DNA of 64,000 bases from Felis catus (Eukaryota). Location of the stretch: positions 60,512,001 through 60,576,000 of the forward strand of contig NC_058381.1 of NCBI RefSeq assembly GCF_018350175.1, read 5' to 3'. Under the pieces are notes generated by a model, which had not been told where the DNA came from, searched no databases, and saw only the letters and a program-made list of their open reading frames with translations. The position numbers were made by a program, and so were the translations under genes. Positions 34,201 to 44,040 of the stretch are shown one piece after another. The first letter of the stretch is position 1. The number at the start of each line of letters is the position of its first letter.

Positions 34201-37200
34201 TGGGCGAGGCTGCGTCCCCCAGGGGACAAGAATGCCGTGGGCTTGGGGCCGCGGGAGGCTCGGGCGTGTGTTTCCCGGGCCTGCTGCGCCCTTAGCTGCA
34301 CCTCACGGCCGACAGCCTGTGCGCTCCAGCCCCCCGGCTGCAGCCTCCCTTCCTGTTGAGGCACAGATGGCAATGGTGCAGGCTGGGGCCGGGGGCGGGG
34401 GGGGGGGTCTCAGCTGACGCCCCGGATCTACTGTCCCGCAAGTACTCATCCCCGAGCACAACTCACGCGTGGGTTTTTTTAATTGGACTTCTTCTCCCAC
34501 AACAGTGGCTGCAGTCGGGAGCCTGGAAGCGTGCTGCTTCCCGAGGGTCTTTGTGGCCACTCAGGCCTGCCTTCTGCCCGCTCTTGGCCCAGCTCCCACC
34601 CGGGGAGGCCCGGCCGGGGGCACTCAGCAGCAGGCGGAGGTGGGCAGGGTGGGCGCGAGAGGGCAGCGGCCCGGCGGCGGGCCGCGCCCTGACCCGCCCC
34701 GTTCACAGCACCACTGCCGGGCGTGCGGCCAGATCTTCTGCGGCAAGTGCTCCTCTAAGTCCTCCACCATCCCCAAGTTCGGCATCGAGAAGGAGGTGCG
34801 CGTGTGCGAGCCCTGCTACGAGCAGCTGAACAAGTGAGTCCCCGCCGGCTGCCCCGAGGGCCTCGTGTGCTCCGGGTCCTGGCTGTCCAGGAGGGGGGCC
34901 GGCACGCACCCAGGCTCTCAGAGCTGCCAGCCGGGTGCTAGGGTTTGTGTGCTTCTTAACTTTTTAGCTTGGACGTAAAACTTAGGGAAAAGACGCAGGG
35001 GCGGTAAGCAGACGCCATGTGGTGTGGCCTCCTCCCGGCTCCCTCAGTGTTGAGGCCGCCACGTTGGCATAATTGCACGGTCCCCCTTCCCCACCCACCT
35101 GCGTGTTCACGCACACCGTGTCCGTTCTGGATCTCTGCGAGCGAGCCGCGGGTAGCCCCCCGCCCCCCTGTACCCCAAGCCCCGTGTGTTTCCCTAGAAG
35201 TGCGCGCTCTCCTGGGAGCACAGCACAGTTGTCACACCGGGCCACGTGACATCAGCACGGGGCCAACACCTACTTTGCGCTCCCATTCTGGTTCCACTGC
35301 GTCCCTGTCAGGTCCATCCAGGTCCGTGGCACATGACAGGTGGCCGTCCCACCTCCTCGGCTGCCTTAGAGTCTGGTTCTGTGCTCCTGGTTCCGTCCCG
35401 GGAGTGAGGCTTCGTCCCTCTCGGTGTGACCCGTCTGGAGGCCCGTGCTGTCCATCCTCCGGCGTCTGCGATGGTGTCTGCAGGCCGCTCCCCTGAAAAC
35501 TTCCTTTCCCACGTGTGAACCTCATTTTCAGGAGAGGGGGCTGGGGCTTAGGCCTGTGACTTGCCCAGGGTCCCACATCCCAGAGGCGACAGCTGGTTTG
35601 AGGGACCGGCTTTTCTCTAGAGCATGGCCTGTGGCACTTCTGTCGTCATTCTGTGGGGATGCTGGGGGCTGGGGTGAGGTGCTCGGCCACCCAACGTTCT
35701 CTCGCCTCCAGGAAAGCAGAAGGAAAGGCGTCGTCCACAGCGGAGCTGCCCCCAGAGTACCTGACCAGCCCCCTGTCCCAGCAGTCCCAGGTACTCCTGG
35801 CCCCAGACCCCGCTCACCGGCCTGTCTGTCCCCAGCTGCCCCCAGAGTACCTGACCGGCCCCCTGTCCCAGCAGTCCCAGGTACTCCTGGCCCCGGGCCC
35901 CGCTCACCGGCCTGTCTGTCCCCAGCTGCCCCCCAAGCGGGACGAGACGGCCCTGCAAGAGGAGGAGGAGTTGCAGCTGGCCCTGGCCCTGTCTCAGTCA
36001 GAGGCTGAGGAGAAGGAGAGGATGGTGAGCCGAGGGAGGCTCCCCCGGTTCGGGGGCACCGGGGGAGAACGTCCCTAGACGTTTGGGGAGGGCCGAGGAG
36101 TGTGGAGGCTTAGTCCGCCTGCGCCCTGACGCTTCCCTGCTCCTGCAGAGACAGAAGTCTGCCTACGCCGCTGCCACATACCCCAAAGCAGAACCCGCGC
36201 CCGTGGCCTCGTCGGCGCCCCCTGCCAGCAGCCTGTACTCCTCGCCAGTGGTGAGCCCGTCCCAGGCCGGGCCGCGGTTCTGTGCCGGGGTGGGGGGGGA
36301 GGCAGACTGGAGGGCTGCCCCAGAAAAGACAGCGCCTGATGGGGTGGGTGAAGGTCGAGGTCCGGGCTGGCCCTCCCTGGCCTTCCTGCCCCTGGCCGGG
36401 GTCCCCTGTGGGGGAGAGGACATGGGAAGGCTGGAGGCATCCCCCCCCCCCCGCCCCCGCCCCGAGCAAGAGGAGATGGGTGAACCCTGGGGTCAAGAGG
36501 GGTCTGCCTTTTTCTGGCTTTAGTTTCCTCTGTAAATAGGGGGTGGGTGGCAGGTGGAGCGGAAGATTTAGGAAGTCATCGTGGGCTCTGTGGGGCTGCA
36601 CGAGCAGGGGGGCCAGCTGGCCAAGGGCCTAAGGAGACCCTGCACCTGCCATTGGGCCGTTACAGTGTGGTTTCTGGGAAGTGGCGTGGGGGTACCACAC
36701 CCAGAGCCCCGGGGGCCCGTCAGACAGACTGGCCGGTGCTCAGTGCCCACTGTCACGGCCGTGGCATCCCAGCATCCTGAGCGATGGCCTGGGAGGAGCT
36801 GGGTGAGTGTTCGAGCCCGTGGGTCACTGCTGATCTGGCCTGTGTCTCCCTAGACCTCGTCGGCGCCTCTGGCTGAGGACATCGACCCTGAGGTGAGGGG
36901 GCGAGGGTGCCTCTGCGCGTGGTGCTTTCCCCTGCAGCTCCCTGGCCCTCGGGAGTGACCTCTGTTGCCCGTGCAGCTTGCCCGGTACCTCAACCGGAAC
37001 TACTGGGAGAAGAAGCAGGAGGAGTCCCGGAAGAGCCCCACGCCGTCTGCCCCCGCGCCCCTGACGGAGCCGGCTGCCCCGCCCGCGGAGGGGCACACAG
37101 TCCCTGCCAGTGCACTGGAGGTGAGCTGCTCTCGGCACTCCAGGCCCACGGTCCTGGGGGGGCGGCGCCTGGGATAGGCCGGACGCCCCTCTCACCCTCT

Positions 37201-40200
37201 GGCCTCTTCCAGACGCCCCTCCCGGAGACAGACTCTCAGCCTGTGGCCCCCTCCAGCGGCCCCTTTGGCGAGGTAAGCCGTGGCCCCCTCTGAGGGCCCC
37301 ATTACGGGCACTACTCCTGGTGGGGCCAGGGCCCTGCCCACAGTGACCTCCCGGAGGTGAGCTGTTCCAGCCGAGAACTCCATGGAACCCCTGCGCACCA
37401 GCTGGCTCTTGGCCACCTGCTGCCTGGCGTGGGTCAGAATATTGTAGGGCAGCCCAGAACCACCCGGATGAATCTTTGTTTGCCGTGTCCTGGGGCTTGG
37501 GGGCTCTGTGGGCCATTGACTAAGAGACCAAGGCCTCTTCAAGGGAATCAGGCCACCTTGAAGGGTTCCGAGCCAGGCCGCCCAAGCTCGGCCAGCTCCG
37601 TCCCGGCCGACACGGAGCCCAGTGCAGGAGGCGCTCCTGGGGCTCCTTGGGGCTCAGCGGCACCATTGGGAGGATCGAGTCAGATGCACAGCAGGGTCGG
37701 AGCGTAGCGCCTGGAGTGGCGGGTCCTGTCTGGGGGCCCTGGAGGGCACGGGGAGGGGCGGGGACGCTCAGCAAGGTCCCACGTGTGTCCCGAGCAGCAA
37801 TTCCAGAACGGGGAGTCGGAGGAGAGCCACGCGCAGTTTCTGAAGGCCCTGCAGAACGCCGTCACCACCTTCGTCAACCGCATGAAGAGCAACCACGTGC
37901 GCGGCCGCAGCATCACCAACGACTCGGCCGTGCTGTCCCTGTTCCAGTCCATCAACAGCATGCACCCTCAGCTGCTGGAACTGCTCAACCAGCTGGACGA
38001 GCGCAGGCGTAGGTGCCGCGGCGCACGGGGGACCTTCCGTGGCGGCCTCGCTGCGCCCCTCGGGGCAGTGCCGGCCCGATCACCGCGGGCGCGGCAAAGG
38101 TTTTTAGGGTGGGGGCGGGGCCGGGCCGCGGGCAACTCGGGGAAGTGCCCCCAGCGGTGGGAAGTACCCCGCTGAGCATAGGGCAGTCCGCCCAAGGAGG
38201 AATCCCACCCCCGGCCCTGCCCCTGAGGAGCCCACACCCTGGCCGTGCCCTGTCGCCAAGCCCTTGGCTGGGCAGAGGCAGGCCCGGTGGCCATTGTCCA
38301 GAGTGGGAGCCCAGCCCCGGGCGGCCAGCGCTTCCCACCCACTCCAAGGGCTCCCGGCTCCGCCCTCTCCCCACAGTATACTACGAGGGGCTGCAGGACA
38401 AGCTGGCGCAGATCCGCGATGCCCGGGGGGCCCTCAGCGCCCTGCGGGAAGAGCACCGGGAGAAGCTTCGCCGGGCAGCTGAGGAAGCCGAGCGCCAGCG
38501 CCAGATACAGCTGGCCCAGAAGCTGGAGATCATGCGGCAGAAAAAGCAGGTGCGGCGGTCGGCCCCAGGGCGGGGGGGGACGGGGAGGGGGGCGCCCAGG
38601 TTGCGGGCAGCCCTGACCCCTGCCTCGTGGCCCGCAGGAATACCTGGAGGTACAGCGGCAGCTGGCCATCCAGCGCCTGCAGGAGCAGGAGAAGGAGCGC
38701 CAGATGCGCCTGGAGCAGCAGAAGCAGACCATCCAGATGCGGGCCCAGATGCCCGCCTTCTCCCTGCCCTACGCCCAGGCACGCCCCCCCCCCCCCCCCC
38801 CCCCCCCGCTGGGCCTACCCCTAGCCGGGGACGCCCGCGACCAAGTACTGCCCTGACCGCCCTGACCGTGGTCTCTCTCTGTCTGCAGCTCCAGGCCATG
38901 CCCGCGGCCGGGGGCGTGCTCTACCAGCCCTCCGGCCCAACCAGCTTCCCAGGCACCTTCAGCCCAGCAGGCTCGGTGGAGGGCTCCCCCATGCACACCG
39001 TGTACATGAGCCAGCCGGCGCCCGCCGCCGGCAGCCCCTACCCCGGCATGCCCGGGGCCGGAGCAGGTAACAGGGCGGGCACCTCCGATGAGCCCCAGAC
39101 CACCAGCTTGTCCTTCTTCGTTCTGGAGTAATTTTGGATTTACAGGAAAGTGGAAACAGCACCGAGAGCTTTCCAGGTTTTCCCCACGTTAACGTTTCGT
39201 TACGTTTGTGCTCTCTTTTCATACGGGCACGTGTGCTCTCTCCTGAACCTCTTAGGGTAAGGGGCAGGCACGATGCCCTTTGCTCCTCGTGGTCTCGGCG
39301 TGCATGTCCTAAAACCAGGTCACTCCCTCACGGCCTGGGCACGGATGCCACGCTAGGAGCCCCTGAGGCCGTGGTGTGACGTCCTTCGTAGCCGGGTTCA
39401 GCTCTCACACATCCCTTTGTGCCAGTAGGAACCCCACGGTTGTTGTCTTTACTCGTTCTGTTTCTTTTTGTCCCTAACCTAGAATGTTCCTACTCTGTGT
39501 TTCATGACACGGACTTCTCAAAGAGCCCTGGCCCATGTCTCAGTGGGTTTTGTCTGGTCTCGGTCAGCGTGACGGCCCGTGGCTGTGTTTGGGCCAGTCA
39601 TCAGGGGGGCTACAGTGTTCAGCAGGAAGGCACAGCCGGCCGCTGGCCACGTGGTGCGTGGGCCGTCTGTTGGGTGTCCTCCCTGGAGGGAACGGTTTTC
39701 CCGTAACCAACAAGACCCTGGCGAGGGGATAAGACGCCTACATCCTTGTTCTTCTGCAGGTTTTAGCTCGTGGTTTTAATGTTTTTTGCTAGTCTTGTCT
39801 GAGTTTATCATGACATTTGCCAAACGGTGACTTTATCTCGTTCCTCCTTTTGATCAGAGGTCTGTTCAAAATAAGGCACTTTTTCTTCTCTCCTGTTTAC
39901 TTTTTCATCAGGCAGACCTATTTTATTCAAATTTCACTGTGTTTGGACGCTCAGATGGTCACAGGGTTTCCTGTGGCCCCAGGAAACCCCTTCGGCTGCT
40001 CCATTTCCTGAAATGTAGCTCCCGTCCAGCGAGCCCCTGGTCCTGATAGCGGAGGCTCTTTGGCAACCCGGGCCCAGGTGCGCTCAGCGCAGGGGACCGC
40101 CGGGACGTGTAGACGCACACGCGCGGTTTATCTTCCGGCAGGCAAAGCTTCAGTGATACCGCACGGGACTCCCTCCCCTTCCCACGCCTCTCGCTCCTGC

Positions 40201-41726
40201 CTCTCGTCCACTCCACATGTGCTGTTTTGTCCGTTCCTGGGATACACACAAAGTGGCTCCGGGAACGCCAGCCCGAGCCACTGGGGACAGGCGCTTGCTG
40301 ACAGGTTCACTAGGTCTGTGGTCCTCTCGGCCGAGGACACAGGGTCCGGACGCTGAGTTTCCGAAGGCCCGAGGGCTCATTTTCACCAACTTCACGTGTC
40401 CTCCTGTCACTGTCAGTACAGTTTGGTTCATCTCTTCTGATTTCGTTCTGTTTTAGAACTCCTCTCCTATTCTCGTTGATTTTGTTGCTTTTCTTTTTGG
40501 GAGAACGTGAAACACGAACTCGCTCCCAAAAGTCACGACAAAAAGGGAGACTCCGAAGTGCTGCCCCTCCCCACCCCCCACCCTGTAGGACAGCCAGCTT
40601 GCTCCTCTCCCCCGCAGATCCCGGCATGGTGAGCGCCTACATGTACCCAGCAGGAGCCGCCGGTGCGCAGGCGGCCCCCCAGGGCCCGGCCGGACCCACC
40701 GCCAGCCCAGCCTACTCCTCCTATCAGCCCACCCCCACGCAGGGCTATCAGGTAGGCAGGTGGGGCCGCTCCCTCTCCCGGGGAGAGGACCCCAGCCTTT
40801 GTCACATCACGCCCTTCCCTCCACAGAACGTGGCCTCCCAGGCCCCACAGAGCCTCCCAGCCATCTCCCAGCCTCCACAGTCCGGTGCCATGGGTTACAT
40901 GGGGAGCCAGTCAGTGTCCATGGGCTACCAGCCGTACAGCATGCAGGTGAGAGACTGTGAGGCGTCCACACGGAAAAGACGCCAGGGGAGCACTGGGCAG
41001 GGCAGGCCATCCTGCTCAACACCCCTTCCCCACCGTTAGGGTCCCCTAGCTGGTGGGCGTTTGGTTTTTCAGGTCAGAAACGCCCCCCCTTTATTGTCGG
41101 CAGGACTCCTTAATGTGAGTTTCGCTTCATTTTCACAGAACCTCATGAACACCCTTCCCAGCCAGGACACACCGATGCCGCCCCCACAGCAGCCCTACAT
41201 CTCAGGGCAGCAGCCCATGTACCAGCAGGTGAGCCTCTCCCAAGGCTGCCGGCGAGGCTCAGGACGCTGAGGGTGGTCGGGCTGCCCTGGGGAGGACAGA
41301 CAGTGCAGGCCAGGACTGGTTCTCAGCAGCGAGGACATCAACACACACCGCACGCCCACCACGGCACCCACAGATATCCACGCTATGCACGTTTCCTTAA
41401 AAGTTCGAGGCCAAGTCAGCTCAACTCCACAGACGTTGGTTGGGAACGCGTGGGGTCTATGCTGGGGCAGGAAGAGAACCGGGAACCGGCCACACGCTGG
41501 GAGGAGGGAGTGGGGCGGGGGCCTCACTGGGGCTGAGACCAGGGCAGAGCATTCTATAGAACAGCCAGTAGAGGGTGGGAAGGCGGGGCCAATGGTTCCT
41601 GTGTGTCCCCTCCAGATGGCGCCCTCGGGGGGACCCCCCCAGCAGCCGCCCCCCGTGGCCCAGCAGCCGCCGGCACAGGGCCCTCCGGCACAGGGCAGCG
41701 AAGCCCAGCTCATCTCCTTTGACTGA
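27964..41726 (+). CDS. HGS: Hepatocyte growth factor-regulated tyrosine kinase substrate (Hrs, ESCRT-0), 22 coding exons: 27964-28000, 29460-29544, 29866-29941, 30332-30424, 32090-32213, 33473-33525, 33935-34003, 34709-34833, 35712-35790, 35926-36024, 36149-36250, 36854-36892, 36977-37120, 37213-37272, 37798(or 37795)-38008, 38377-38549, 38638-38778, 38889-39066, 40618-40751, 40827-40946, 41139-41228, 41616-41726
   Basis: Encodes VHS (MGRGSGTFERLLDKATS...), FYVE (RKHHCRACGQIFC), UIM (EEEELQLALALSQSEAE), PSAP, coiled coil and the C-terminal clathrin box LISFD*. Phases are consistent across all exons; one donor is GC (38779). Confidence 0.97.
35746..35925 (+). repeat. Two-copy 90-bp tandem duplication across the HGS exon 9/intron 9 boundary
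   Basis: 35746-35835 and 35836-35925 are identical except for 3 A-to-G differences. Confidence 0.97.
39129..39960. mobile_element. Degraded L1MC-like fragments in HGS intron 18
   Basis: taattttggatttacaggaaagt and tttcatgacacggacttctcaaagag-type phrases; approximate ends. Confidence 0.5.
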
Positions 41727-42264
41727 TCCCCAGCTGGGAGCTGGCCATCCAGAACAACACTACGGTTCTCTGAAACCCCTGCCTCCGTCTCTAACTAGCG
41801 TCGTCCTGCCTTGCTCTCCTCTTACCGCCATGTAGTGTCCCTGCTACAGGCAGGGGGTGGCCCTTCCCCCTGGCCCCTTCCCCCTTTCTGTCCTCTTCTG
41901 CTGACTCCTCGTGCTCCAGGCCCTACCCTCGTCCCCATCTCCCTGAGTTGGGTCTCTGACCTCTTTCCCCAGGGCCAAGCCTCAGAGGGTGGGAGGGAAG
42001 GACCTTCTCTGAGAGGGAGCCCCCAGCCCAGTGTGTCAGGTCCTGTGAGGGCTGCTGGAGTGGGGCCCTTCTGTCCCATGCAGCCTGTGCCCTCCCATCT
42101 GCACCGTGAGCCTGTGCAGCCTGTGGTCTGACTAGTGTGCGTGCCCCCCAGCGGTCAGCAGGCACTCCCGGCCCTCACGGGAAGGTGGGGGTTCGTCTCC
42201 AGCTTCTCTGCTTTTGAGCTGCCATCTCATCCAGTGCCCTGAGTAGACGGAATGGAACACTGAA

Positions 42265-42270
42265 AATAAA
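42265..42270 (+). terminator. Polyadenylation signal AATAAA of HGS
   Basis: First AATAAA after the stop at 41726. Confidence 0.8.
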
Positions 42271-43049
42271 ACGTCTTTCAACAAGTATTGGAGTGTCTGT
42301 TCAGAAAGAAGGTGGTAGGCAGCCGGCCCAGGTCCGGGCAGGGGCGTGTGGGCACGTGTCCGTAGGCCAGCCTGTCCTCCAAGCCTGGCACAGCTCCACA
42401 GGCAGTTGCCAGGGGTGGATACTCTCTGGCAGCAGCTGCAGATCTGCTCCCGCCCTGAAAACTGGGCGCCATCGAGCTGTGCCCTTGGGGACCCAGCAGC
42501 AGCCCTCTCCACCCTGCTCTGCTCTGCCCTGCCCAGACTCCTCCAAGACTTGCAAAGCCCAAGGATCTGGTCTGATTCTACACCAGTCGTAGTCTGGAAG
42601 AAAATATTTTAAGAATGTAAACTCACAGCCCTTTGCGTCTAGAGTTCAAAACATTTCACACCTTAAATACCAAGTCTCTTAGATGACCCGGCATTAGCTC
42701 TTCTGAGAAAGAATGGACTAGTTTAATAGGCAGAGAGGTGATCTGAGTGCAGGTCAAAAGCAGGGCCAGGAGAGCAAAACGTGGAGGCAGAGGATGGCTC
42801 TGCTTTCGTGATCTAAAGTGCGGTTCCATGCCTGGCTCTTGGAAAATGAGCTGGAAGAGGAGAGACCCAGGGCCCTCAGGGCAGGTGTTGGCTGAGCGGG
42901 GTGGAGCTAGAGGTCTAGGCAGAAGAGCAGGTGCGGAATGTCTGGGAGCTGGCTAGAAAGGCAGCTGGAGACAAAGCCAGGTGTACGGCTGGCCCTCCCG
43001 TCCAGGGCTCCATCCCTCGACCCTTCAGAGCTCAATCACAACCCTTGGC

Positions 43050-44040
43050 AACGCTGTAAGGGGAGAGCCCCCAACTCAGCTGCCGAGGCGCTCCCGAGGC
43101 TACGGGAACCGCGCGGGCGGGAAAGGCAAACCTTCAGAAGGAGGAGGAAACCAAGGAAAAGACTGCCCAGAGGGCAGCGGGGGCTCCCCGCACTAGGTGG
43201 CTCCTGGCTGCGGGCAGCCAAGGCCCCCAGCACGGACCTGCGGAGAAAGGACACCTGGGATCCCCGTGCCCGCCCTGCGGCGGCGGAAATTCGTTGTCAG
43301 CCGCCGCGAGGCTTCCCCAGGTTCTCCCTGGCCGGGCTGCCCGGGGGCCGGGACCGCCTCCCCGAATCGGCCGGAGCCTGGCTCCAAGCGTCGGCCTTTT
43401 CTGGCCTTGATTCCCCCAGCGAGTAGAGGGCCCTCAACCGGTCACCGTCCAGCCCCAGGGCCCCGGCCGCCACCAACGACCCTCTACGCCTGCGCGGTTC
43501 GCCGCCTAGAGGGTAATCTCGGGAAGCGAGCGCGAGGTGCGGCTAGAGCGTCCTCTCCTACTCGTTTGCCCGGCGGCTTCGTCGGCTAGAGCGTCAGTCC
43601 CCAACCTTTCGCCCGTCGGGCCCGCGCGGCTAGAGCGCCCTAGCGCAGCTCGTATGCTCGGCGGCCTCGGCGGCTAGAGCGTCCTCACTCAGCTCGTATG
43701 CTCGGCGGCCCTGGCGGCTAGAGCGTCCTCCTCCTGGGGAGCCGCGTGTGACCTTCCCGCCCGCGGACCGATGCTGCCGGCGGCCGCTCGCCCCTTTTGG
43801 GGGCCGTGTCTCAGACGTCAGGGCGCTGCGCTCCGTCTCGCCAGGTACCACGGTCCGCCGAGGGCTGGCGGGGCGGCAGGGTCGGGGCCCTGGGCCGGCA
43901 ACTGAGGGTGCAAGTTGGGGGCGGTGTCCGCGTGCGGCGGGCGGGATGCCACCCCCGACTCCGTGGGGCCCGGAGGCGGTGCAGGTCGCGGGGGTCCCCA
44001 CTTGCCGGCCCCCTAACCACGCGTGCTGCGCAGAGTGCTA
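43050..44040. promoter_or_regulatory. CpG island / MRPL12 promoter
   Basis: CpG-dense region around exon 1. Confidence 0.8.
43541..43733 (+). repeat. Degenerate minisatellite with about 44-bp period and invariant core GGCTAGAGCG (43541, 43584, 43628, 43672, 43716)
   Basis: Five exact 10-mer cores spaced 43/44/44/44 bp; the last two units are nearly identical. Confidence 0.9.

Noticed and set aside
35791-35835. Independent splicing of each 45-nt piece as the main HGS pathway
   Set aside because: Below the normal mammalian size limit; kept only as a testable minor outcome.
36025-36148. Possible mirtron in HGS intron 10 (I recall a human intronic miRNA annotated in HGS)
   Set aside because: I cannot see a convincing end-to-end hairpin, and my recall of the human location is uncertain.
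38013-39131. 372-aa plus-strand ORF inside HGS
   Set aside because: Off-frame read-through across HGS exons 16-18 and their introns in very GC-rich DNA with few stops; no independent coding signal.
43541-43733. CRISPR-like repeat-spacer array
   Set aside because: Mammalian DNA, no cas genes, 10-bp cores and related spacers; it is a minisatellite.
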